From contig CAWIIP010000002.1 of assembly GCA_963836235.1 (NCBI GenBank), positions 352,001 through 416,000 of the forward strand: a stretch of 64,000 bases of DNA, read 5' to 3'. A model generated the notes under the pieces. It did not search any database and was not told where the DNA came from. It saw nothing but the letters and a program-made list of their open reading frames with translations. Shown piece after piece: positions 38,934 through 48,146 of the stretch. Position 1 is the first letter of the stretch. Each line of letters begins with the position of its first letter. This DNA comes from an uncultured Pseudomonadota bacterium. GTDB taxonomy: Bacteria > Oederibacteriota > Muellerivitia > Muellerivitales > Muellerivitaceae. Made by a program: the position numbers and the translations under genes.

Positions 38934-41531
38934 TCAAGACTTGATAACGAGCTCCCCACCCTTAGAAACGTCGACTTTGATCGTTTGTCCCTCTTTAATA
39001 TCACCATCAAGGAGTTTAAGAGCCATGCGATCCACAAGCTCGTGCTGGATAAGCCGCTTTAAAGGCCTAGCGCCATAGACAGGATCATAGCCTCTTTCTG
39101 CCAGGAAAGCCAAGGCCCCATTGGACATCTCCAGCTTTATCTTTTTGTCGATTAAGCGAGCCCGAAGACCCCCTAATTGAATATTCACTATGGCCTCCAG
39201 TTGATCTTCTTTCAACCGATGGAAGATAACAATATCGTCAATGCGATTAAGAAACTCGGGCCGGAAGAACTGCCTCAACTCTTTTTGAAGGGCATCCTTC
39301 AAATCCTCGTCCTTATTTCCTTCCATAATTTTCTGGGAGGCGATATTGCTGGTCATGATGAGAACGGTATTTTTGAAATCCACCATCCGTCCCTGGCTGT
39401 CCGTCAGGCGGCCGTCATCCAATACTTGCAAAAGAACGTTGAACACATCCGAATGGGCCTTCTCCACTTCATCAAACAACACCACCGAATAGGGCCTGCG
39501 ACGCACTGCCTCCGTCAATTGTCCCCCTTCGTCGTAACCCACGTAACCAGGAGGGGCTCCTATAAGCCGTGCCACCGAATGCTTTTCCATATATTCGCTC
39601 ATGTCGATACGGATCATCATCTTTTCGTCGTCAAAAAGGTATCCGGCCAGGGCCTTGGCCAATTCAGTTTTACCCACGCCCGTAGGCCCCACGAAAAGGA
39701 AACTGCCTAAGGGCCGATTGGGGTCAGCCAACCCCGATCGAGACCGACGAATGGCATTGGCCACTGCGGACACTGCCTCATCTTGCCCAACAACCCTTTC
39801 CCTCAATTTTTCTTCCATTTTGACGAGCTTTTCAGTTTCACCTTCCATCATTTTGGAAACGGGGATGCCCGTCCATTTGGCTACCACCTCGGCAATGCCC
39901 TGATCGGTCACTTCTTCTTTAAGCAGCGCTCCCCTTTTCTGCATTTCTGCTAGCTTATTGCTGAGTTCTTCCATTTGCTTTTGCAGTTTGGGAACCTTGT
40001 CGTAGCGAATTTCCGCCACCTTGTCGAGTTTGCCTTCTCTTTCAAAATGGGTTTCTTGAAGTTTCAAAGTTTCGATTTCTTCCTTAATCTTACGCAGGTC
40101 TTGGATGACCTTCTTTTCCGATTGCCATCGGGCCTTCATACCCGAAGAGTTTTCCTTCAGGTTGGCCATTTCCTTTTCCAATCTTGCCAGCCGGTCTTTC
40201 GACCCCTCGTCTTTTTCTTTTTGAAGAGCTTGTTTTTCGATTTCCAACTGGCGGATTTTACGTTCTACCTCATCCAAAGCTACCGGCATGGAGTCGATTT
40301 CGATACGAAGCTTGGAGGCGGCCTCATCCACTAGGTCAATGGCCTTGTCAGGTAAAAAGCGGTTGGTGATGTAGCGGTTCGAAAGGACTGCGGCGGCCAC
40401 CAAGGCCGCGTCTTGAATCCGGACACCATGGTGCAACTCATAACGTTCCTTGAGTCCCCGCAGGATGGAAATGGTATCCGCCACACTGGGTTCACCCACT
40501 AGAACCTGTTGAAACCGGCGTTCCAGGGCTGGATCTTTCTCGATGTACTTCCGGTATTCATCCAGGGTTGTCGCACCAATGGCTCGTAGTTCCCCCCGTG
40601 CCAGGGCAGGTTTGAGCATATTGGAAGCATCCATGGAGCCTTCGGCTCGGCCCGCCCCAACCAAGTTGTGAAGTTCATCGATAAAAAGAATGATTTGGCC
40701 TTCACTGGAAGTAACTTCCTTCAAGAAAGCTTTCAGTCGGTCCTCGAATTCACCCCGAAATTTGGCTCCGGCCACCATGGCGCCCAGATCCAAGGAAATG
40801 ACTTTCTTTCCCTTCAAACCTTCCGGGACATCCCCGGAAACGATGCGCCCCGCCAAGCCTTCGGCGATAGCCGTCTTACCCACACCTGGTTCCCCAATAA
40901 GCACAGGATTGTTCTTGGTACGACGGGAGAGTACCTGGATAACACGGCGAATTTCCTCATCCCGGCCAATAACCGGATCCAACTTTCCCCGGCGGGCTAA
41001 GTCCGTAAGGTCTTTGCCGTATTTGGTGAGGGCTTGGTATTTTGCCTCTGGGTTTTGATCAGTCACTTTCGTATTGCCTCGCACTTCAGCAAGTACCGAA
41101 AGTACCTTTTCTCGGCTCAAACGGTATTGTTTTACAAGCTTTTTGACACCCCAATCCTCCGGGTGCCCCTGCGCACCGGGTGCGTCCACAAGGGCAAGAA
41201 GGATATGCTCAGTAGAAACGTATTCATCTTTCATTTTATCCGCCTCTTTGTGGGCGGCATCAAGGGTCTTGGAAAGGCGAGCGGTGGCGTAAATCTGGCC
41301 ACTCCCTTCTACTTTGGGAAGTCCGGCAATGTCTTTTTCCAAACTCTTGTCGAGTGCGGCCGGGTCCATTCCGATCTTCTTCAAAATAGGTTCGACTACG
41401 CTTTCTTCCTGGCGCAAAAGAGCAAGAAAGAGGTGTTCGTTATCTACCTGCTGTTGACCATACTCGGAAGCCATTGATTGGGCCGCCTGCATGGCATTTT
41501 GGGCATTAAGAGTAAATTGGTTGATATCCAT
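38934..41531 (-). CDS. clpB: Chaperone ClpB
   Basis: [23 protein letters not shown], coiled-coil M-domain, [17 protein letters not shown]. Confidence 0.97.
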   Translation of the reverse strand: MDINQFTLNAQNAMQAAQSMASEYGQQQVDNEHLFLALLRQEESVVEPILKKIGMDPAALDKSLEKDIAGLPKVEGSGQIYATARLSKTLDAAHKEADKMKDEYVSTEHILLALVDAPGAQGHPEDWGVKKLVKQYRLSREKVLSVLAEVRGNTKVTDQNPEAKYQALTKYGKDLTDLARRGKLDPVIGRDEEIRRVIQVLSRRTKNNPVLIGEPGVGKTAIAEGLAGRIVSGDVPEGLKGKKVISLDLGAMVAGAKFRGEFEDRLKAFLKEVTSSEGQIILFIDELHNLVGAGRAEGSMDASNMLKPALARGELRAIGATTLDEYRKYIEKDPALERRFQQVLVGEPSVADTISILRGLKERYELHHGVRIQDAALVAAAVLSNRYITNRFLPDKAIDLVDEAASKLRIEIDSMPVALDEVERKIRQLEIEKQALQKEKDEGSKDRLARLEKEMANLKENSSGMKARWQSEKKVIQDLRKIKEEIETLKLQETHFEREGKLDKVAEIRYDKVPKLQKQMEELSNKLAEMQKRGALLKEEVTDQGIAEVVAKWTGIPVSKMMEGETEKLVKMEEKLRERVVGQDEAVSAVANAIRRSRSGLADPNRPLGSFLFVGPTGVGKTELAKALAGYLFDDEKMMIRIDMSEYMEKHSVARLIGAPPGYVGYDEGGQLTEAVRRRPYSVVLFDEVEKAHSDVFNVLLQVLDDGRLTDSQGRMVDFKNTVLIMTSNIASQKIMEGNKDEDLKDALQKELRQFFRPEFLNRIDDIVIFHRLKEDQLEAIVNIQLGGLRARLIDKKIKLEMSNGALAFLAERGYDPVYGARPLKRLIQHELVDRMALKLLDGDIKEGQTIKVDVSKGGELVIKS

Positions 41532-41807
41532 AAATAAAATTACCCATTTCGGTCACAATGAGCACTGACCGCATATAAGCGGCCGGTTTGTAACGAAGCA
41601 ACTTAAGTTTTAAATGAGCCACAAAAACTGTTTTAACTTGAATACTCCGTCAGTGTCCCATTATGCGCAAGACACCCTCAAGGTAGTGGTAATTAAAATA
41701 ATCTAGTTACCAAAAACAAATTAGGTCGAAATACAGATTCTTTCAATGCTTTGGATCATGTTTGAGCATGGAATTTTAACCACTATAATAATTAAATTCA
41801 AATTCCT

Positions 41808-43985
41808 ATGAAAACTACTTCCCCACATATACAGTCACTAATTCTCTTGTGCGCCCTAGCTTTGGCGATCACTGGCCAGGCCTTTCTCATTCAAAAAGAC
41901 AACCCAGCTACCCTTATACCCGGCCTTTTACTTTACAGTTTGGCCGTCGGAGCATTCCTTAAGGTCTTGCCTAAACCTCTAACCTTCATCTCTCATACCT
42001 CCGAACCTTTCACCACCTTCGAAGGATTGGCCCTATTCCTTATCTTGCTAGTGGCCTTGGGCTTTCGGCTTTACCATTCTAGTGACTTCCCGAACGGCAT
42101 TTTTACTGATGAAGCCTGTTCAGCTTGGGCCGGTCTCAAAATGGCCCGTGAGAACTGGTCTCTTCTCCAAAACATTGGGGCGTTCCTTCCTTTTTACCCT
42201 AACTACATTTCAAATACTTATTGGTCAACCCTTTGGTTTACTTTCTTTAGCCCAACCCAATTCCATTTTTTTCTCCTTTCGGTGACCTTGGGTCTCGCAG
42301 CATTCCCGGGTATTTATTGGACTTTCCGCCAATGGACTGGCCCCCGAACTGCCCTTTTGAGCCTTTATATCCTGTCGGTGATGCGGTGGCATGTCACTTA
42401 TAGCCGTTCTGGTCATCCTGCCATAGAAATTCTTCTCTATATGTTTGGATCTCTCGCTCTTTGGACAAAAGGGTTTCGGTCTGGAAACAGGTTGTATTTT
42501 ATCCCTGCCACTCTTTTAACGGCGATGGGCTTCGAGTCATACCAGGCTTATTACGCTTTTATATTTTTTTTAACCTTATATTTTTTAATCGAATGGCGTG
42601 AAAGCCAATGGAAAGCGAAATCCTCTTGGCCTGTCTTGGTATCCGTTTATCTGGCTGCTTTGGCTGTAGGATGGCCCTGGCTCCGTTATTTGAACCAGCG
42701 GGGGGGCTTGGGAATGCCTCAAGGCGGATCTGCCTTTTTTCAGTTTCACTTTGATAAAGCGGGTCTTCGCGCCTTCTTGGATCATTGCCTGGAAACATTC
42801 CTCCAATTCAACCGAATGGGCGATTCTTGGTCCGTCCACAACCTCCCTTTCCATCGGCTTCTAGACGATGTCACTGGGTTATTCTTTGTCCTGGGATTTT
42901 TCCTTGCCTGGTCCCGACTCTCTCAAAGAAAAAACCTTTTTGCCCTCATGGGATTTATCGTAATGGGACTACCCGCTTTTCTTTCCAAGTTTCCCACGAG
43001 TGCCAGTCGCATGATAGGAACAACGCCTTTTATCGCTCTGCTCACGGCTTTGGCCGCGGAAGCTATTGGTGAAAAAATAAAGGAAATCGCTCCGAGGACC
43101 GGTCCCAAATGGTGGGTCGCCTTCACAACGGTTTTTATAGCCTTGATGACCTTCCAAAATTACCATGTCTACTTTGACGAACAGACCAAAAACTATGACT
43201 GCAGACGGTGTGATAGTCCACAAGAAACGGCCGTAGGAAACGCAGTACGGGAAGGCGGAGACTCCTGCGAGGATTATCTTTCTTCGCGTTTCTACGGTCA
43301 TTATGCCGTAATGTTCCTAGGATATTTTCAAAGAAAGCATATGCAAGAATTGGATTTGCCTGGGTCCCTTTCACTTCCTAATTGGAGTCCAGGCCAAGCA
43401 GTCCTCTTCGCCTTGGATGAGGGCCAAACCGGCGTTTTGGAATTAGTCAAAAATCTTTACCCCGGAGGTGAAACCCGATTTCTCAAGGATTCGCTGGGGC
43501 ACACACTCGTTTTCTTTTACAGGGTTCCTGCTGAAGAAATTTTGAGAAATTGTAATAATGCCAAAAAAATCCTTCAATCAAACTTTGGATTGAAAGGAAA
43601 ATACTGGTCATCACTTAATCCTCCAAATCCGCCCGTTCTAGTACATCAAGATCCTTTAATTAATTTCACTTTCCGTAACGATTTTCCCTTACGAAAATTT
43701 CCTCCTCTGATAGTTCGTTGGAATGGCTTTTTAAATACTACGATAGAAGGTGATTATCATTTCTTAGCCCTTGCTACCGACCAAGTGAAAATGTTTCTGA
43801 ACGGAAGAGAAGTACTGACGGGTGAGAACCGGGAATCAGGAAGCGTTTTTTTAAAAAAGGGACCACGTTTAATTGAGGTTGATTTTCAAAAAACCTCCGG
43901 AACGGACACGGCTTTGAGTCTTTTGTGGAAAAAACCTGGAAATGATAAATTCGAAGTAATCCCCCCTACAGCCTTTCAGCATTAA
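41808..43985 (+). CDS. GT-C (ArnT/PMT-like) membrane glycosyltransferase with PA14 domain
   Basis: Multiple TM helices, GIFTDEA loop, WHVTYSR; C-terminal GLKGKY..DPLINF..RWNG..G.Y.F...D..L.W PA14 pattern. Confidence 0.75.
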   Translation: MKTTSPHIQSLILLCALALAITGQAFLIQKDNPATLIPGLLLYSLAVGAFLKVLPKPLTFISHTSEPFTTFEGLALFLILLVALGFRLYHSSDFPNGIFTDEACSAWAGLKMARENWSLLQNIGAFLPFYPNYISNTYWSTLWFTFFSPTQFHFFLLSVTLGLAAFPGIYWTFRQWTGPRTALLSLYILSVMRWHVTYSRSGHPAIEILLYMFGSLALWTKGFRSGNRLYFIPATLLTAMGFESYQAYYAFIFFLTLYFLIEWRESQWKAKSSWPVLVSVYLAALAVGWPWLRYLNQRGGLGMPQGGSAFFQFHFDKAGLRAFLDHCLETFLQFNRMGDSWSVHNLPFHRLLDDVTGLFFVLGFFLAWSRLSQRKNLFALMGFIVMGLPAFLSKFPTSASRMIGTTPFIALLTALAAEAIGEKIKEIAPRTGPKWWVAFTTVFIALMTFQNYHVYFDEQTKNYDCRRCDSPQETAVGNAVREGGDSCEDYLSSRFYGHYAVMFLGYFQRKHMQELDLPGSLSLPNWSPGQAVLFALDEGQTGVLELVKNLYPGGETRFLKDSLGHTLVFFYRVPAEEILRNCNNAKKILQSNFGLKGKYWSSLNPPNPPVLVHQDPLINFTFRNDFPLRKFPPLIVRWNGFLNTTIEGDYHFLALATDQVKMFLNGREVLTGENRESGSVFLKKGPRLIEVDFQKTSGTDTALSLLWKKPGNDKFEVIPPTAFQH

Positions 43986-44084
43986 AAGAAGCCCTCGGCC
44001 TTAACCAAGGACTACCCCCGCCCCCAAAAAAATCTCGCAAAAAGAAGTGCGCCTAAAACAGGAATGCTACTTTTGAAAACCTTC

Positions 44085-45494
44085 TTAAAAATTACGTGCG
44101 ACAACGCCTTCAGCATGGTGTATTCGATAGGTGGGATTTTCAGGCAGTATGTTGAAATCAAAACCATTTTCTCGAATGACTTTCTGATACCATTTGGCGC
44201 TCTTCTTAAATGTGCGCTTTTGGGTTTTAAAATCAACGTGGACAAGGCCAAATCGCGGATCATAACCGTGACACCACTCAAAGTTATCCATGAAACTCCA
44301 AGCATAGTAGCCCTTGAGGAGTGCTCCATCTTGGATGGCTCGATTGGCCTCAGCCAAATAGTTACCCAGATAATGGATACGAATGTCATCTTCGAGGGTC
44401 TCTTCTACTGTTCTTTCTGAATCCCGTGTAGGAATACCGTTTTCAGTGATATACATTTTCCAACCATAGGTTTTCGAAAGGTGCATAAGGAGATCATAGA
44501 GAGCATCAGGCACCACCGGCCATTTGAGGTCATTTATTGGCATACCATCAGGCATAGAAAAATCATTATCGAAAATATTGTTTCCTTGAGCATTACGGGC
44601 ATAGTTAGGGAAATAATGATTTACTCCCAAAAAGTCTAGCGGATGGGCGATATCCTTGAGATCCTTCTCGTAATACTCCGGGTTTTCGCCCGAATATTTA
44701 AAAAAGAAAGGTGGATAGCCCTTGCCGGCTATAGGATCAAGAAAACTCTCGATCAAGAGATTTTGCATATGAAAGGCATATTCTTTATCGGCCTTGTCAT
44801 CCCGAAGAGTACGACATAGGGCCAAGGCCGCCACCGTACCAATTTCCCCTTTAAGATTCATCTGCCGGTAGTTTTGCATAGCCAAACCATGGCCCAGATT
44901 CAAATGATGGGTGGCTAAAGCGAATTCTTTACGATTTTCATGCCCCGGTGGAAAATAGCCCCATAGATAGCCCAGTTGGGCTGTAACCGCGGACTCATTT
45001 TGGGTGGCCCAAAACGGAATATCCTTACCAAACGCAGTAAAGAGAACTTCGGCATATTCACGGAAAGCCAAAGCGGTCTCTCGGTTAACCCAACCGCCGT
45101 CGGCCCATTCAGGGATTTCCCAATGAAACAACGTGGCATTGGGAGTGATATTGGCTTTATGAAGTTCCTCGATGAGTCGCCGATAAAAATCCAACCCTTT
45201 CTCATTAACTTTTCCCCTTTCGGGGATAACTCGGGGCCAGGAAAAGGAAAAGCGATAAGCTTTCAGACCCATTTCCTTCATGAGGGCGATATCCTCTTTA
45301 TACCGGTGGTAATGATCACAAGCTATGTCTGCATTTTCACCATTGGCGATTCGTCCTGGCGTACGAGTCCATTCATACCAATTGCTCTTGGCCGCCCCAT
45401 CAGCCAAAGGGCTTCCCTCTACTTGGAAAGAACTGGTAGCAGCTCCCCATAGGAAATCTTTAGGGAATGAAATAAAATGAGAGAGCATGAACAA
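44085..45494 (-). CDS. GH1 beta-glucosidase
   Basis: FLWGAATSSFQVEG, DHYHRYKED, YRFSFSWPR, NE acid/base, ITENG, WSFMDNFEW. Confidence 0.95.
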   Translation of the reverse strand: MFMLSHFISFPKDFLWGAATSSFQVEGSPLADGAAKSNWYEWTRTPGRIANGENADIACDHYHRYKEDIALMKEMGLKAYRFSFSWPRVIPERGKVNEKGLDFYRRLIEELHKANITPNATLFHWEIPEWADGGWVNRETALAFREYAEVLFTAFGKDIPFWATQNESAVTAQLGYLWGYFPPGHENRKEFALATHHLNLGHGLAMQNYRQMNLKGEIGTVAALALCRTLRDDKADKEYAFHMQNLLIESFLDPIAGKGYPPFFFKYSGENPEYYEKDLKDIAHPLDFLGVNHYFPNYARNAQGNNIFDNDFSMPDGMPINDLKWPVVPDALYDLLMHLSKTYGWKMYITENGIPTRDSERTVEETLEDDIRIHYLGNYLAEANRAIQDGALLKGYYAWSFMDNFEWCHGYDPRFGLVHVDFKTQKRTFKKSAKWYQKVIRENGFDFNILPENPTYRIHHAEGVVARNF

Positions 45495-45632
45495 TTTAGC
45501 CTTTCGTAAAAGTGATGCGATAGTTTATGGTTTTTCACTGAAAAATAAACTCAATAAATTCAAGTAAAGCGTTAACTTCTTTTAATAATTTCAAACCAAG
45601 AAACACTGTCTATTTCCAAGGAAAGCCCTTTT

Positions 45633-46178
45633 ATGGAATACAAGATCGTTAAAATTGGAAACCCAATCCTCCGAAAGAAAACCCACGCCATAACTGAAAA
45701 ACACTTGGCTTCAAAAAAAATTCAATCTTTTTTAAAACAAATGATCCCTCAAATGAGAAAAGCCAAGGGGGTGGGTTTAGCCGCCAACCAATTGGGATGC
45801 GATTGCCAGGCCCTCGTCATGGAATGCCGTGGCAACAAACGGTATCCCAGGGTCAAATCCTTTCCCCTTCGGACTTACATCAACACCCGGATTGTCCGCT
45901 ACTCAAAAACCACGCAAAAGGGGTGGGAAGGCTGCTTAAGTATTCCCGGTTTCCGTGGAATCGTCTCTCGTTCTAAACGAGTGACCTTTACGGCTCTTCT
46001 TCCAAACGGCCAGTTCATCCGACGTACGGTGAATGGTTTCGAGGCTCGGGTGATCCAGCATGAAGTGGACCATCTCAACGGATTTTTTTACATGGACCGC
46101 ATGAAAGACCTTAAAAACTGGATGCATTTGGACGAGTTTAACCGCCACTTTAATCGTGGAATCAGGGATAATAACTAG
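45633..46178 (+). CDS. def: Peptide deformylase
   Basis: GVGLAANQ, EGCLS, QHEVDHLNG. Confidence 0.95.
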   Translation: MEYKIVKIGNPILRKKTHAITEKHLASKKIQSFLKQMIPQMRKAKGVGLAANQLGCDCQALVMECRGNKRYPRVKSFPLRTYINTRIVRYSKTTQKGWEGCLSIPGFRGIVSRSKRVTFTALLPNGQFIRRTVNGFEARVIQHEVDHLNGFFYMDRMKDLKNWMHLDEFNRHFNRGIRDNN

Positions 46179-46235
46179 GCAGCAAATATTTTACGTCACC
46201 TATTCAACAGCCGATCCCTATTTTGCGGACATATC

Positions 46236-46700
46236 ATGAAACTCTATCTTATTCGCCATGGCAAAGCCTCACGCCCTGATTCCGATGGGTCCAGAACGCT
46301 TACCCCCAAAGGGAAAGCCGAAGTCGCCCTGGTCGCGGAATACTTCAAAAAACACAGCTGTTCGATTAATACCCTTTGGCACAGTCCCAAAACCCGCGCC
46401 GTGCAAACCGCCGAAATTTTCCTGAAAATTGCTGGTGGAGCCGGGGTGAAACAGGAAGAAAAAAAAGAGCTTAAACCGGAAGGGAATCCCGCTGAGATTT
46501 TAAGTGAGCTTGCCTCGCGAACCGACGGAGATCTTATTCTAGTGACTCACCTTCCCTTCGTGGAGGAACTGGCCTCCCTTTTGGCGGTCGATTCCCCGGA
46601 GGCCGAGATTTCCTTCCCTACCGCTGGAATGGCCGCCTTTGAACGAAAAGGAAAAAACTGGAAATGGCTTTGGTCGCTTGATCCTTCTACGCTTAAATGA
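46236..46700 (+). CDS. sixA: Phosphohistidine phosphatase SixA
   Basis: LIRHGKA, HSPKTRAVQTA, VTHLP. Confidence 0.9.
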   Translation: MKLYLIRHGKASRPDSDGSRTLTPKGKAEVALVAEYFKKHSCSINTLWHSPKTRAVQTAEIFLKIAGGAGVKQEEKKELKPEGNPAEILSELASRTDGDLILVTHLPFVEELASLLAVDSPEAEISFPTAGMAAFERKGKNWKWLWSLDPSTLK

Positions 46701-46749
46701 TGAAACCTAAATCTGATAAATTCCGCCGAGCGGCAATGCGGATTCTCCC

Positions 46750-46792
46750 CATTGGTCCGCCGCCTGCTCGGCAAGCAGGCGGCGGACCAATG
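46750..46792. repeat. Perfect 19-bp inverted repeat (REP-like hairpin)
   Basis: CATTGGTCCGCCGCCTGCT-cggca-AGCAGGCGGCGGACCAATG. Confidence 0.85.
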
Positions 46793-46990
46793 CCGCCATC
46801 CTTTTGGGTTTTTCGAAGGGCGTTATGAGAAAGGGTCATGGTATTGAGGGATTATTGGTTTTGCAGGCCTTTCGGTTTTGCGGTACATAGGGCTATTTCC
46901 CTATGAGCGCAGTTGTACAGAGAGGTCCCTTTGTGCGAGGACGAATTCAGGGCCACGGGCCGCTAGGTTGAGGGCCGGTCGCAACGCCTT

Positions 46991-47617
46991 CTAGGGCCGT
47001 GCCTTGGAGTAGATGGCATAGGTGCACTTGAGTGTGGCTTTTTCCAGAACCAAGCCGGTCAATGCGTTCACGACATCCTTGCAGGTGAAGTTGCCTTCGA
47101 CCGGGCACCTCTTTTCCTTCAAGGCGTAGAGGGTGAAGATGTAGGTGTGAAGTTTCTCATCGTTCCAGGGCGGAGCGGGACCGTCATAGCCGGAGTAAGT
47201 GCCTTCCATGATCGCGTTTCCCTTATACCATTCGGTGAAATCGTTCACGGCATGTCGGGTGCCGCGGGCGCCGGCCGGGCCGGGCTTTCCCCTGACCGTG
47301 ACTTCCTTGCTGAATTCAGCTTGCTGTATGAAGGTCTTGGTATCCAGGTCCACCACCGCCCAATGGTAGAACTCGGTGCGGGGATAGTCATAGGGAACCA
47401 CTTTTCCCGCCTTGTTCACAAAATCACGGCTGGTTGGGGCGTCGATGTCGTGCATCACGATAACGAGGGATTTGGTGCCCTCCGGCATTTCGCCCCAGGA
47501 GAAATGAGGATTGCGGTTTCTGGACAATTCCGCATGGTGGCTGAGGTGAGGCTTGAGAAAGGTATATTCATCCCGCATGCGGGAACCGTCGCTGAAGCTA
47601 TCACTAGTAAATCTCAT
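46991..47617 (-). CDS. YbhB/YbcL (PEBP-family) protein
   Basis: NPHFSW..P.GTKSL..HDIDAP, FYHW, GYDGPAPPWND..H.YIFTLYAL. Confidence 0.9.
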   Translation of the reverse strand: MRFTSDSFSDGSRMRDEYTFLKPHLSHHAELSRNRNPHFSWGEMPEGTKSLVIVMHDIDAPTSRDFVNKAGKVVPYDYPRTEFYHWAVVDLDTKTFIQQAEFSKEVTVRGKPGPAGARGTRHAVNDFTEWYKGNAIMEGTYSGYDGPAPPWNDEKLHTYIFTLYALKEKRCPVEGNFTCKDVVNALTGLVLEKATLKCTYAIYSKARP

Positions 47618-48094
47618 GATAATCTCCTTGATCCAGGGGTTTAGTTGCCCTTATTGAAGCACGGCTCCCCTAAAAAACAAGCCTGAAGTGGCCGACAAGG
47701 GAATTAAAATAAATCTAATGTCCCGGAACATTTCTAAAGGTTTATCGGGAAAAGCACAGGACCCCCGACCGTTACGGTGAAACTTTCGCCAGGTTTTAGG
47801 ATCGTTACATTGGAAATGACGCTGAAAAAGCCTCTTCGGTTCTGCGCTAGTTTTTTGTCGGAAAGCTGGTTGCAGCACAATGCTTGGAAAAAACAAAGGG
47901 TCTCGGCTGGATTTCTCTGGTTCCCCTCATATTCGAGGGAAAAACGACAGGTTGTGTGTGAATTCTTCATCCAGAAACCTTTAAACGGTAAAATGGCTTA
48001 AAACCCCCCCTAGTTTTAGTTTAAAACCTCGGCCTTTAAACCTCCTTTGGTTTAATTCCATTTTTTATAAATGAACAACCAAATAAAAGGCCTG

Positions 48095-48103
48095 TGCTAT
48101 AAT
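48095..48103 (+). promoter_or_regulatory. Extended -10 promoter
   Basis: TGcTATAAT, followed by GGAGG at 48133-48137 and ATG 48147. Confidence 0.6.
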
Positions 48104-48146
48104 GCGCTCCCTAAGTTTTCCATTTCTCCCCTGGAGGCTTCTTTAT

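Noticed and set aside
41550-41571. CGGTCA-N10-TGACCG upstream of clpB as a heat-shock operator
   Set aside because: Does not match CIRCE, CtsR or HAIR consensus; short enough to be chance
47651-48001. Short overlapping ORFs in the long intergenic region
   Set aside because: No RBS, motifs or coding bias; treated as regulatory DNA
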